From NCBI GenBank assembly GCA_964234715.1, contig OZ174275.1: a stretch of DNA of 64,000 nt, one strand, 5' to 3'. The notes beneath the pieces were generated by a model. It was not told the DNA's origin and searched no databases. It saw only the letters and a list, made by a program, of their open reading frames with translations. Shown in pieces: positions 1 to 12,292 of this stretch. The position numbers and the translations under genes are program-made. Source of the stretch: Podarcis melisellensis. Its lineage: Eukaryota. Numbering within the stretch: the first letter of the stretch is position 1; each line of letters begins with the position of its first letter.

Positions 1-434
1 TTGTGGAGGAACATAGCAGATGACACAGCGATTTCTCCAGAGCAGCTCTTTATTTGTAAGCTGGACAGAACCAGGGGTGCCGACTTATAAAAAATATTGG
101 GGGGGCCCATACGACTTATAAAAAATATTGGGGGGGGGGCAAGACCTCCAAACCGCTGCTGCTGGGCGAACGAAAGGGGCGAGCCCCGGGCTGCCCCGAC
201 CTTAAGTGAACCTGTGAGGGCCCACCCTTTGCGGCAGCCGATTGGCTGCCGCCGTGGGCGGTGAATATTAATGATGTATCATTTTTGTGCTTCATGCTGT
301 GGCCACAGACATGTGATCTGATGGTGAATTTGGGGTGACCCAATGCAAAAATCCTGAGAATCCCTGTGGACCTGAGTGAAAACTATCTACAGTATCCCCC
401 TGCTGGGCCGGGGTGAGAACTTCAGTACATAACA
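1..434 (-). mobile_element. Probable solo-LTR fragment (same terminus family as 2338-2675), interrupted by a hAT-like insert
   Basis: Ends in CAGTACATAACA (423-434), identical to the end of the LTR at 2664-2675. GCTCTTTATT near 45-54 matches the minus-strand polyA region of that LTR. Left end and TSD are not resolvable at the window edge. Confidence 0.4.
72..262. mobile_element. hAT-like left end with duplicated sub-terminal motif and CpG-rich interior
   Basis: Starts CAGGGGTGCCGACTT. CGACTTATAAAAAATATTGGGGGGG occurs twice (about 81-105 and 111-138). GC/CpG-rich 140-262. No clear matching right TIR or TSD found. Confidence 0.35.
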
Positions 435-774
435 TACTGCTAGCTGACAGTGGGGAGGCCAGCATTAGGAAAACAAGCCATGCAGAGTCCAGTGCAGGTG
501 GTCATTGTCAGTTGCACTCTGTGACTTCTGTTTTTGAGACATGCTTGGGAATCTTCATGGGGGTCTTTCAGAGAACTCAAAGAGCATTAGTGATGCATCC
601 TATTGGGAAAGGTAAAGAGCAAGGGAATCTGGTTGCCTTCTCAGTCACTGCCTCAAGGTGCCTGGGGCATCTTAAAAGTGGTGGTTCCAATAGCTCCCCT
701 CATCCCCTGTCTTTCCCATCACAACAGGAAAGATAAGAGACCATAGAAGCTGGCTCTTTGCTTCTACTAATCAG

Positions 775-953
775 ATTTGGGTGGTTGTCCTCCCGGCCAC
801 CGCCTCTGCTCTCCTGCTGCAGTGGACAGGGATGTGTGGCGCCTGTGTTTGCGGCTTATTCTTGGGTATTGTCAGTGTACAGTTCTCTGAAGCATTTGTA
901 TTCAGGCTCAAACTGAATGCCCGTCATGAAGTGCTATGCATGGTGTTGCCAAG
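775..953 (+). other. Candidate exon, unknown gene
   Basis: Pyrimidine-rich acceptor ctctttgcttctactaatcAG and strong donor AAG|GTGAGT. One frame is open throughout (IWVVVLPATASALLLQWTGMCGAC...VLP). No homology recognised. Confidence 0.22.
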
Positions 954-1679
954 GTGAGTGAGTCTGTTGTCCCCCATTGGTTATGCGCAAATTGCTTTTT
1001 CTGTTACTGATAATTTGGACTGCATTTTACAAAAGACTTCACACATCCTGGGTTAGTTGGTAGTGAGAATGTAGCAAAGGAAAATTTGAAAGTGTTTTCT
1101 TAGCTGGAAAAAAAAAGGAAGAACTCATTCTGAACCAATGTCACTAGTATACAGTTGTGGTGGATTAGCAATATTACATTATGAATCTGTGAGTGAGTAA
1201 GTATGTGTGTGTGTGCGTGCGTGCGTGCATGTGTACATAATCTTTTTGGCCCCTATAGTGCCATTGAAATATGTAAATAGCGATCGGAGAGCTAGCAGAT
1301 TTCTGGGCTGTGCATTTCACAGCTAGCTGTACTTATAAGCATTGCACTTTCCAACATAAAAACAGTCAAGTACAATATTACTCATTCAAATAGTCTGGAG
1401 TGGGTGGGGGAAGAGTACAAACCATTTAGGCTTTGTACATATGAACAAAGGCAAAACAGCAGCACATCATTATAGACTATTTGGGCAGTGGTGGGAAAGC
1501 GGCTGCTGATTTGGGTAGCCAGACTTTGGAGCAAGCTGTACCTGCTTTTTCAGAAGCTGTAGGAAAAGCAACAAAGGAACTTGTGGCGCCTCAACAAGTA
1601 ACACATTTATTATGGCACAGTTTTTATGGTCTAGAGTTCACTGAATCAGATGCATGGTGTGTCACCTAAATTGGAAGGT

Positions 1680-1680
<1 letters not shown>

Positions 1681-1717
<37 letters not shown>
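1681..1717. repeat. (CA)n microsatellite
   Basis: Direct observation. Confidence 0.98.
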
Positions 1718-1719
<2 letters not shown>

Positions 1720-2242
1720 TTGAAGAGGGGTAATTTAGAGGAGTCGGGTTAAAGTAAAACAAAATGAAGAAACAAACAAAAAACCAGTCAGTAATAAAGA
1801 CATAGAACTTACTGAGGGTGGAGACGGGGAGGGTACGGGATGGTGAAAGTTTGGATACGATATTCCAGAGCATATATAGATTTGTGCCTGGGGAACAGTG
1901 TTAGGTGCTGTGAAGTTCCTGTCAGGGCCTTCTTAGCTATCTCCACCCCATCCTTTGGGCTGAACAGGGAAGGGTCAGTGAGTAAGCAAGAGGCTTTTCC
2001 TGACTGACAGATACAGGTCATGCGAAGTCAGGTAGGCAGAACTGCTTTCATCCCTCTACCCTGCTAATTTAGTCCTCTTACCTTGCACTATTCCCGTCCT
2101 AAGTCTCCATCCCAAATCCTGTTTATTAGGCAGCAGTGCAGTCAGTTAAAAGCCAGTTAAGCCCAACAAACATAAGGATGGGCCCCTCCCTTTCCTTTTC
2201 CCTTTGTACATGGATCCTACAGACCCTCCAACATTCCACATG

Positions 2243-2792
2243 ACACCCACACCATACAATTAAAGCACTCTTACACCACTCTAAGAGTCATGACTTCCCT
2301 CAAAGAATCCTGGGAACTGTAGTTTGTTAATGGTGCTTGAAATATACTCAGAGTCAACAGTGGATTTCATGCTCTTTATTCAGCTCATAGTGGTGAGGAG
2401 GAATGGAAGTTCCCCCAGAATGTCTGCTTTATATACATGATTTACACAATGGGCCCCACGTGATTGGCTAATTCTGGGGTTCTCCTGTAGGCCAATTAGG
2501 TTGCGGATTCACTTCCACCTGGAGCTGGATTGGGTGGCTACTGTGGATCAATCAGGCTGCTGCATTCTGGATCCTATTGTTCTGGGACCAATGAGACTGC
2601 TGCATTCTGAATCCTATTGTTCTAGGAACAATCAGACTGCTGCATTTTGGATCCTATTCAACTCAGTACATAACAGTGCTAATAGTTTAAAGGAGGTGCT
2701 TAACAAACTACAGTTCCCATGATTCATTGGAGAAAGCTTTGACTCTTCCTTAAGGTGGCATAAGAATGCTTTTAAATGTGTGGTGTGGGTGT
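2243..2792. mobile_element. Old palindromic MITE (possibly PIF/Harbinger-type) split by a solo LTR
   Basis: ACACCCACACCA at the left and TGGTGTGGGTGT at the right are inverted repeats. Inner GGGAACTGTAGTTTGTTAA / TTAACAAACTACAGTTCCC are also inverted. Related half-copies lie near 53960-54040 and 57510-57600. Confidence 0.7.
2338..2675 (-). mobile_element. Solo LTR (Gypsy/ERV-like), 338 bp
   Basis: TG...CA termini with 5-bp TSD GTGCT (2333-2337, 2676-2680). Minus-strand TATATAAAG (about 2427-2435) and AATAAA (about 2375-2380). Three ~39-bp tandem units CAAT(C/G)AG(A/G)CTGCTGCATT(C/T)TG(G/A)ATCCTATT. Confidence 0.85.
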
Positions 2793-3376
2793 GAAATTTA
2801 TTTGATCTGTCCTCATGTTGTTTTCTGGGCAGAAATAATAGCAATTAGGATGGTGAATAAGTAACATGCATTAATGAGGCATCTAATTATAAGCCTGCAT
2901 TTTTATCAAAGCTTATATATTTCAATCAAGGCTTGTATTTTAAAATGAGCTTTAAAAGGATTTTCAAATGTTTCAGGCAGAAAACCTTGGCTATCCTCCT
3001 AGATAAGGGCCCCCCTTGATTTATAGCAGGAAAAACAAATTCTCAAAGTCATAAAAAAAGGGAATTACATACACTGCCCTTGCAGGTTGAGAAAACACAA
3101 TTAGGAATGGGCAAATAGTAAAATGATACTATGGGCCTCTCTTAAACCTTGAGCTGTATTTTCAAAAGCCAGGAGCAAATGGGGAAAAACATCTAGCTGA
3201 CAGAAAAAAGAGAGCATTTTTGGGAAATCTTTAAAAGCTGTTTTCTACTGAGTTCCCTTTTACTTTACAAAGGTTTTATTCTTTTAAAAGGCTACCTATG
3301 ATAATGTATGAAATATATTAGCTTAAATATATTGGCTTAAATGTAATTATGCAAAGGATTTAAGAAATGCTAGATT

Positions 3377-3512
3377 CTTAGAGTCATATTGCAATAGGAG
3401 ACCAGAGGGGCAAATGAGCCTAGCCCCCCTTGCCAGACAGGAGACGCCATCGAACACTCCTGATATATAGTTGTCAGGCATTTGTTTAAAAGACCCTCAA
3501 ATGAAGGAGATC
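3377..3512 (-). mobile_element. CR1 LINE 3' fragment, degraded
   Basis: Similar to the better preserved CR1 3' ends at 24578, 46695 and 60505. Confidence 0.5.
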
Positions 3513-3625
3513 TTTCAATGATGATTAACTCAAGATCCTTGAAGATAAAAATTTAAGATTAACCATTTGTTTTAGAAGGCAATAGGGCAAGGAGGGCAAG
3601 AGGTGAGCTGGTAATTAAGATTCCA

Positions 3626-3971
3626 TGTAAGATATATTATTACTTATTTGTCATTTATATATAGCTCTTTGTCTCCCTTATAAGGATAGAAGGAAATGGG
3701 TGTATCTATTGTGATTGGTTCTAGCAAACAACCAATAGGAATTTCAACCAGGCTGATTGGACAGAGGCAGCCACAGGAGGAGCAAAGGGGGCTGGATTAA
3801 GGGAATATAAGTGCTGGCCAGAATGGCAGGAGGCAGGCCAGAGCTTGGTAACCATATACCACTGAGCCTCTCATTTATTTGTCTGACAAATAAATTATTA
3901 TTTTAATTTCTCTATTGCTGCGTTGAATATTTCATTCCAGCTAAGCGTTAACCACAAGCAGAGGTGCTACA
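3626..3971 (+). mobile_element. Solo LTR (ERV-like), 346 bp
   Basis: TGTA...TACA termini with near-TSD ATTCCA/TTTCCA. CCAAT/ATTGG boxes (3712-3762), AATATAAG TATA-like box (about 3804) and AATAAA (about 3889) occur in LTR order. Confidence 0.65.
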
Positions 3972-4329
3972 TTTCCAAGCTCTGGTTGTAATTAATTTGA
4001 AGGAGTGTTTATATAGGTAGACGATTGTGCACATTGTTCTCCATGTCAGACGCACACAGATTAATTAATTAAACAGTTTCTTAAAAAAAAATCTCTTTTG
4101 TTTGTGAGAGTTTGTCTGTATTTTGGTCCAGAACCTTTATACTTAAATTGGACAATTTTGCTTCTTTGCATTTTGTTTGGTAATTAGGAAGAGCATTGTA
4201 GCTTGAGCTTCTCAGTGACCTCTCTTTAAGATTCTGTTTGAATCATAGTTAATTTGTTAATCATAATTAGGGACGTGCTGGGATTAAGACATCAACGCTC
4301 CATGTATGTTTTTGCAAAATATACAGAAT

Positions 4330-4590
4330 GTATTAAGAGACATGCTTAGCACAGTTATTGGAGATGCATAAACAACCTTCTTATACCTTTGGTTCCAGTT
4401 CACAAGGTCACAAATATAGAATTTATGTATACTGTACATGGTGTAATCCTCCACTAGTGTAATCTGTGTATTGGATAGCATGCCGTCATCCACACATATC
4501 CTTGATCCTTGTGAACTTCCCACCTTTAAAGGGGGGGGGGGGTTACAATGGCAATATTGGCATCCTGAACAAATTAATGATGCAATTTCT
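4330..4590 (+). mobile_element. Possible Vingi/I-type LINE C-terminal relic
   Basis: Peptide ICVLDSMPSSTHILDPCELPTFKGGG resembles the C..G....T..HI...C....F.GG zinc-knuckle end of Vingi-like ORFs (from memory). Very degraded. Confidence 0.25.
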
Positions 4591-4656
4591 TCTGGTGGCA
4601 GCACAATTGGTAATCACAACAAAATTGGAAATCTGAGGAAGAGGGGTCTGGATGAA

Positions 4657-4794
4657 GAATCATAGAACTGAATCATAAAATCATAAAATTGGCAGGGACC
4701 CTAAGGGGCATCTAACCCAAACTCCTTTTGCCCAACGTGGGTCTTGAACCCACAACCTTGAGATTAAGAGTCTCAGGCTCTACTGACTGAGCTA
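4657..4794 (-). mobile_element. tRNA-Lys(CUU)-derived SINE with CR1 3' tail
   Basis: Reverse complement of 4730-4794 is TAGCTCAGTCAGTAGAGCCTGAGACTCTTAATCTCAAGGTTGTGGGTTCAAGACCCACGTTGGGC, nearly identical to vertebrate tRNA-Lys-CTT but lacking the 5' acceptor strand. It is followed by a CR1-type tail (TTAGATG...GGGTCCCT...ATGATTTTATGATTC). Confidence 0.8.
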
Positions 4795-6029
4795 TAAGAA
4801 GCCACCAAAGGTAAAACACACTGTTGCAAACAGCTCTACCTCAAGAAACTGTTGGAACAAATTCTAGCAATGAAATGCATGCCTGATTTATTATTTATTA
4901 TTAGAGATTTATTATGGCTGCATTCAGACAGCACCCTATTCTATTTTCCTGATGTTTCCTTGACTGTTAATTTCCACATTTTATGTGATCTTTCACACAA
5001 ATAAAAGCCACTTCTGGAAATCTAATAGAATCCAGTAGATGTTTAGCACTCATTGCCATGAATTGTTTCCAGTAAAATCCATTTCTAACCCCGTTAACTC
5101 AGAAAATCGTGAGAGTTTTGCATTGTAATCTCTTGTGAGAAAATTGGGAGTGATATCCTGGCATACAGTTCTTTTCCAACATTTGCAACATGGTAGTGTA
5201 TTGATTAGAAAGGCAATATTCCACGATGAAACAGGTACAGCAATGTAAAAGGACATCAGAAATGAATGCAACCTGTATGGTTGGAGTCTAACAACAACCT
5301 ACTCATTCTATCCTATTAGCATGGCTGTGAATAACAATGTAGGTTTTCAGTCCTTATTTAGAAAGCCTTGTCCTATCCAATTCCACACTAGTTCTCTATA
5401 TGGCATATTTCCAAGAACTAGCAACAGTAAACAAATTATGTGTTCCCATACTGTTTTACATGGCAGTTAAGAAGTCCAATGTCTTTCCATTACTGCTGCA
5501 ATATTTACCTGTTGGGACATTCAGGTGAAAAATATATTTTTGCTCTGTGCTTAAAATGGCACAATTGTAGAGTATCAACTTGCATTTTAAAGCCATAAAT
5601 CCACAAAATTACATTATGCTTATAGTTGTCATCAAAATATAAAAGGGAGCATTAATCTTCCAGAATTTAATTTTGCCTGAATTTTAATTCCTCTCTTTAT
5701 TACCAAGGGGATTTATAGATTTTCACAAAGTTTATGCTTGAGTAAATGGTATGCTACAGTACTAAAGTAATTTTCTAGCTGATAGTTTCAGCATTGTCCT
5801 CTTATTTTCTATTAATTTACATACAACTATTATGATACTGATTCATTTCTCAACTCAGCATAAGTGTTATGCTTGCAATATTTCCACACTTGGTTGATCT
5901 CTCCAACCAGACATGCCTTTGCCGAGGGAGAAGGTTGGATATTTCCTTCTGCACTTCTTCTTACTTTCTCCTTTTCCATCTTTGTTGGGTGTAATTTGCA
6001 TAGAGGCAGCTAGCCTTGTTCCAAGGGGG

Positions 6030-6950
6030 AAATGCTTGTGTTGTTTATTTAAAACTGTACAGGTTGCAGTTTTGCTCAATGGTGCATGGTGACTAACAGA
6101 TAAAATTACAACTAAAATGCAACAGTAGAAACAAACTAGCAGTACCAAAGCAAATCAAAGGCCAGTAAAAGAGATGCCCAAGCAACAATAATCACCTAAG
6201 CTCAAAAGCCTGGCAAAGCAGCAGCTTCCTAACAGCCAAACATGCAGTGCACAAGGACTAGGTAAACTTTCATGGGGAGAGAATTCCAAAATGTGGCCAC
6301 TTTGGAAAAGGCCTTGTCTTGAATCACAACCAGCTGCACCTCTAATGGTGGTAGTATCCAAAGCAAGGTCTCCTTAGAAGACCTCAACAGATGGACAGGT
6401 TCATGGAGGAGAAAGCAGCCCTTTAGGTCCTCAGGGACCACACCATATAGAGCAGAAGTGGACAACAGCTTTTTTCTGACTAGAGCTGCATTCTCTCAGG
6501 GTTTATTTGTCAGGGACAGCATGCCAGAAGTGTTTGGAAGCAGAGCTGATGATGGTTGGAGCCAGAACCAAATCTTTTATGGATTAACTCATCTAGAACA
6601 AATACCACCTTGCTTTTCATCCTGGCTACCTCAGCTTAGAATTCCAGTGCAGGTCTACTCAAAAATAATCCCTGCTGTGTTTGATAGGGTTACTCTCAAA
6701 TAAGTATACAGGACATTTTATTTTTTTAGTCCAACAGATCAATAAGCTTCAGTTGTGGAAAGGAAGTGAAAGTAATTCCTTCTGACTTAAGTATTCTCCA
6801 TGCACAGACCCTGAGCAATTTCTTTTTATCAGATAAAATACTATACATCCCAATTGTTCTGGAACTACATACATATAGGAGGGAAATGATTTAAAAGGCC
6901 ACTGGAAGCCAGTGCAGGTTAAGCAACAGTGGGATAGCATGATGCAAATA
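6030..6950 (-). mobile_element. L2 LINE fragments (old)
   Basis: Minus-strand peptides KAFSKVATFWNSLP and IPLLLNLHWLPV match L2 ORF2 C-terminal motifs (AFS..AP.LWN.LP; P.L..LHWLPV). Boundaries approximate. Confidence 0.6.
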
Positions 6951-7300
6951 ATGAGCAGGTGGCACTGTGGTCTAGACCACTGAGACTCGGGCTTGCTGAT
7001 TGGAAGGTTGGCAGTTCGAAACCACACAATGGTGGTGAGCTCCCGTTGCTGTGTCCCAGCTTCTGCCAACCAGCAGTTCGAAAGCATACCAGTGCAAGTA
7101 GATAAATAGGTACTGCTGTGGCAGGAAGGTAAACGGTGTTTCTGTGTACTCTGGCTTCCATCAGTGTTCCATTGCACCAGAAATGGAAAGCTGTCTGTGG
7201 ATAAATGGCAGCTTCCTCAGCCTGAAGAGAGATGAGTGCTGCACCCCATATTCCCCTTTGACTGGACGTAATCTTCCAGGGGTCCTTTACCTTTTTACCT
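6951..7300 (+). mobile_element. Sauria SINE (Squam1), older copy
   Basis: tRNA-like head GGTGGCACTGTGG...GTTCGAAACC, body GCAGTTCGAAAGCA...AGTAGATAAATAGGTAC, tail GGGGTCCTTTACCTTTTTACCT. Confidence 0.9.
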
Positions 7301-8555
7301 GATACTCATCCTGGGCAGGCTGAAGTGCTTTCCATGAGGCAGAGTGCTGAATATGAAAAGAGAACTCTTGTGGGGAAGTCAGTTTGCCTCAGAGCAAAAT
7401 CTGAACCTTTCAGAGCAAAATCTGAACCTGAAGGATCTGGTTTGTCTTGACTGGTCAGTTTCATCTTATATTCTTAGGTGGTGTATACATGGCACTATTC
7501 AGAAAGAGTGTGTCTATAGTTGTATGGCCTTTCCAAGACTTGTAACACTCCAGAATGCTGGTGGGAGAATCCACAAATGCCATCTGCATGCATAGAAGGC
7601 TAGACATCTACTTGATGTCCTGGGTTTCTCCAAGCAGAAGGTTTTTTGTCATGAGAAAGTCATACCTCCTTTTTGAAGTGGCACAGCCCCAGAGGGATTG
7701 TATCACATGCCTCTTCCAAACGCATGGACTATTTCTTTGGAAATGCAGGGCATTATCCAACCAACCAGATATGCTAGCACAAGAATCCTTAGCTGTGCAG
7801 TGGAACTTCCCCACCATCTCATCTACCCACACATGCACTGCCTGCAAGGTACACCTCCTCTGGAGGGTTGGAGGGGAAACCCCATAACAGATTTAGGGGT
7901 TCCATAGTTGTATTTGCAGAGTGATCAGGAGGCAGGGAAGTTGCATTGTGCAGTTAAAAGTCTACGCTAGCATAACTATTGGACACCACTCAAATGATGC
8001 AACCAGCACTCAAAACTGTCATAGTTGAATTTGGTTGGAAAAAATAATAGTGGTTTGTTGAGTGTCATCTTTTCTAAAACACAGATTCCTGATGGAAGAA
8101 GTATGGAAAGGTTTAAGCAAAGATATATTCATTTAGACTTCTCCTTTAACAGTCTTTGTTGGAAGGCAATGAATAACTTATAAATATTTAAATATAGAAA
8201 TATGACACAGCTATGTTAATTTAACTCATAAATATTCTATGGACTCCCTAAGATTGCATATTGTTTTGCTTTGCAGCTTCCTTACTTGTACAATCTATTT
8301 TTAGGATTCAATTATCATATCAGGAACAGCATCATTTTCACTCAACACACACATACACACGCAATTTCACCTATGATCAGAATTTAGCCAGGTGAGATTA
8401 TTTAACATCCCACCACCACCCACATTTCAGTTGTACTAATTAATAAATTGCTAAAAGTAAAAACATTGTGGTGCTTCATATGGAGCTGCCAGCTCATGGG
8501 AGCAGATATGTTAGCCTGAACCCATTACCTTAATTGTTATCAAACCATTTAAGTA

Positions 8556-8785
8556 CAGTGGTACCTCTGGTTACAAACTTAATTCGTTCTGGAGGTCCAT
8601 TCTTAACCTGAAGCCGTTCTAACCTGAGATACCACTTTAGCTAATGGAGCCTCCCGCTGCCGCTACACTGCCACCACACGATTTCGGTTCTTATCCTGAG
8701 GTAAAGTTCTTAACCCGAGGTACTACTTCTGGGCTAGTGGAGTCTGTAACCCAAGGTGTTTGTAACCCGAGGTACCACCGCACTG
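8556..8785 (-). mobile_element. Tc1/mariner (Tigger/pogo-like) MITE
   Basis: TA|CAGTGGTACCTC...GAGGTACCAC(CG)CACTG|TA. Same family as 33237, 52473 and 59330. Confidence 0.88.
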
Positions 8786-9038
8786 TATTTAGTTTTGAAT
8801 TATCTGACATTGTTTTTTAAATGTTTTGCAAAAACTCAGTGTAAGAAAATAATTTCATGAACAGCTGTAAAAAGAAAAAAAGCAGTGCTTAGAACCAGGT
8901 ACAAAGACAATTACGTGAACCAGGAAGTGGAAATGAACTTGAGCCCAAAACTGGCTTAGAGGGTTTATGACATACACCCCCCGCCCTAGGAACTGTAACT
9001 GAACCATGATTTAAATTCCCTGGCTTATCTTGAAAAGA

Positions 9039-9060
9039 ACACACACACACACACACACAC
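9039..9060. repeat. (AC)n microsatellite
   Basis: Direct observation. Confidence 0.97.
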
Positions 9061-9924
9061 CAGTCATGATGGATGTGTACTACCTCCAGTATTTGTGGCA
9101 GTATGCCTCATCCTACCACCTGCTGGAGAGGGTGTTGTTATAAGCTTCCTATAGGCATCTGGTGGACCTTTGGTCTGATACAGCATAGCCCTGCTTTGTT
9201 CAAAAGCAAAAGTTCAGGAGTTTCTTTTGTGAGTGATAAGGTAAGGGCCTCACTTCCTCTTCTGAGTAACCATAGAGAGGAAGGCAAAAGATAGTATTTT
9301 TGTAAGGTAAGTGTTGCAGGAGATGAGAGGAGTAGCAGGAATTTTCCTGGGATTGAGGGATCATTATTCTGTTTGCTGCAGGTATTTTGTACCACAAATA
9401 CGAAGTTCATATGAATACACAGATAAAGCTAAGCTAAAAGTTTGAAATTTCTAGAGGCTGTGCTATATCAACATGAGAACATGAGGAAGAATTCTCTGCA
9501 TCTATGCTATGATAAACTAAAAAGCCTAAAACACTTTACACCTCTATCGTGTGAAGATGCACTACCTGTCTTTGATCATTTTGTGCTGTGACGCTGTGCA
9601 GATTTAGTTAACGAAGTTGAAATTGCTTCTGAATAGACATGCTTATGATCCAGATGCAAGCTGGCCTAGAGGATATCCTTTCTGAGATGAAGAAAACACA
9701 GTATCAGTATTATACATGTGGCTAAAGCACACACACTGATACAATTCCATTTACACTTGCCAGAAATCAGAAATACCTGAAATGAAACTAAAATGATGTT
9801 TTCTTTTCCTGCCATGCTAGCTGATTTAGAAATAATATTGTAGGACTGAAATTCATTCCGGCTGCACAGCTGTCAAGGAATTCTTTTTATATATAATTAC
9901 AATGATACATACAAAGGAAGTAGC

Positions 9925-10012
9925 CACGTAATTCTATGCATGTCTACTCAGAAGTAACTCCAACTGAGTTCAGTAAGGCTTGCTTCAAGGTAAGTATCAT
10001 AGGTTTGCAACC
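9925..10012. repeat. Short interspersed hairpin element (related copies near 51240-51315 and 63885-63968)
   Basis: Shared motif CTACTCAGAAGTAA...CTGAGTTCAGT...; the 63910-63935 copy forms a perfect 12-bp stem AAATCTCACTGA-ac-TCAGTGAGATTT. Confidence 0.5.
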
Positions 10013-10439
10013 TAAATCATATTAATTCCAAAATAAAAATAAAATAAAAAGAAGAACCAATTATTGATATTAATGTATGTATGTGCAATAATAAAAAGAG
10101 GAGTAAAATCCAGGCAACACATTTCAAAGCAAATCTAACAATGGCTTTTGTTGCTTCCTTTCTTTTCTTTTTAACATGATGTCGATACAATACACTAACA
10201 ATTATTGAGGATGTTGCATCTGTGTTTAGAAATTGCTCCTTTAAAAATACATTTTTCTCAGATTATTTATAATAGTGTCATATTTCACACTGCAATTGTA
10301 AACTGTGCACACTAATCATTCTGTATAAAATGCATTTGGATATATAAAATCAGTTAGATTTTCACAGTTGTGTCTGGACTGGAACCAAACCAAATATGAA
10401 TGAACAGGAACTAAACCCATATTTCTAACGGGGCAGCTC

Positions 10440-11170
10440 TCTAAAGTGAATACAACAGTGCAACCTGATCTTGTTCACTGCACTTAGCAAAGAAATCAAA
10501 GAAGTCATGTTGATCCATAAAAACTTCAAACCATAATTGGATAATACCTTTAGGAGGACCAACAAAAAAGTTACAAAAATGTGGCAAGCTTTTGAGTTCT
10601 CCAGACCTCTTCATCATGCAAGATGTTACACAAATCAAGGAATGGTGGGAAAAGGATATGCAAAAAAAAAAAAAAGGGCAAATGTTGTAGTCAAGAAGTC
10701 AGATTGTAAGCTAAAGAAAGTATTTTTCAACTGTGGACTTTGAAAAATGGTGGCTTGTTCACACAGCCATAATTGCCAGATGTTTTGGTAGGATGTCCAA
10801 AACTCATAGGAGATACAGAAATAGATGGAAATGAGATTTGTTGGGGCGGGGGAATGGTTGTGGCTAATGCCATTATGGCTTCCATAGACCACCTAGTTCT
10901 CTTAAATTCCTTCCATGGATCATTCATGGTGGGTAACCTGAAACCCTCTAGATTTTGCTGGACTCTACTCTCTTCATTCCCCATCAAGCCCATATATACA
11001 TACCATTGGTGCAGTTTTGTTGCCTAGTGTAACAGGTGAAGAGAAATAGTCCTGAGTCAAAAAAAGAATAACCCAAGGAAAGCCTGTACCCCATATGTTG
11101 AAAAACTTTCCCCTTTGCTTGGAATAATTATTCCAAGACCTAGAGAGATTTCCAAAAAGCTTCTCCATCC
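10440..11170 (-). mobile_element. L1/Tx1-like ORF2 relic
   Basis: Degenerate minus-strand peptides (FFNIWGTG..., ATKLHQW..., GPPKGIIQLWFEVF) resemble the post-RT region of L1-clade ORF2. Many stops and frameshifts. Confidence 0.35.
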
Positions 11171-11942
11171 TTCATATTTTCTTCAGGCATGCTAAATAAA
11201 TAATAATCCATTGCAATTTGCTACTGCATTCATGTGGTGATCTTTCACCCAAATGCTTTACTGTCTAGAAACACATTGCACCTTCCATCCCATTCATGCT
11301 TTACTAATTTTTTGAAAAGGTTAATACAGGTGGGCTTTTTTTCCGCTTTAATAGCTACTTGATCATTGCTGAAGTCATGCTGTATGCATTAGTCATGCAG
11401 ACTAAAGAATATATCTAAATGTCGTATCCAATTATAAAGAGAGTTTATCTTAAACTGGGATATCTATATTAGCACAGCTGGGATTGAGCAGACATGTTTA
11501 TTAGGGGAAAGGGCACTGGGTTCAATGAGTTTTGGGTGTCTGCCAATCCTGAGGTAGTTGACTAGACGCTCGCCATCTGGTCAGTCAGTTATTTTGCCTG
11601 TATAACCCATCCCGATAATGCATGGTAGCGACACACCATTGCTATTTTTTCCTCTGAGCGTGGTGCTCTCACTAAATTACATTGCGTGCTGGGAAAACAC
11701 AAGCATGTCATGAACAAAGGCACTACGACTTCTAGTTTCCAGATAGAGCATCTTTCCTTCCCCTGAAGGTATCAATATGAACGGAGCTGTCCTGGCTTGG
11801 CAAATTTGTTGCGCAAATGCATGGAAACAAAAATACAATGTACGCAGGGCCAATGTCACGTCAATGTCATGACCTTATGAGTGGAAATACTAATGGAAGC
11901 CTGTCAGGTTGTAATTCACCATTTTCAAATTGCACAATAGAA

Positions 11943-12292
11943 CAGGCATGGGAAACCCTAGGCCCAGGAATGAATGAGGTTGTCCAAGTTTCTTTATCTG
12001 GTTTTCCTCAGGCCACAGCCCTCAGTGGGCCTTGCTTCACAACTTCTTGAGTATTTTCATGTGGCAGGAATGTATCATTGAACTCTGAGAATGCCCCTTG
12101 CTTGCCTGGATGTAAATGAGGGTGTGGATGTATGTAGAAAGTAGCTTAGCATGTGAAGATAAAATGTACATTGATTGTTCCACCCACTTTTACCATCCAC
12201 CAATGGCCCCATCCACCAATGGCGTGTAGCTGTCAGAAGGTTGCCCAGGACGGGATGAAGCCCTTAGGTTGAAAAGGTTCCCCCACTCCACT
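11943..12292 (+). mobile_element. Old hAT-like non-autonomous element (~350 bp)
   Basis: CAGGCATGGGAAACC...AAAGGTTCCCCC ends. Internal similarity to 24226-24572 (CCTTGCTTCAC, TGCTTGCCTGGATG, TATGTAGAA, GAAGGTTGC). Confidence 0.55.

Noticed and set aside
270-376. Box C/D snoRNA (ATGATG...CTGA)
   Set aside because: Imperfect C box, no terminal stem or recognisable antisense element, and embedded in TE-like sequence.
1660-2245. Solo LTR bounded by TGTCA...TGACA
   Set aside because: No TSD, and the apparent right end overlaps the terminus of the adjacent MITE.
2548-2660. CRISPR-like repeat array
   Set aside because: Eukaryotic context; these are contiguous tandem units without unique spacers, inside an LTR.
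4730-4794. Functional tRNA-Lys gene
   Set aside because: The 5' acceptor strand is missing, CpG transitions are present, and it is fused to a CR1 tail.
7500-7890. Gypsy integrase zinc-binding relic or host exon
   Set aside because: Only faint resemblance (IPLG...KEV*LSHDKK..G) with stops and frameshifts; cannot be supported without an HMM search.
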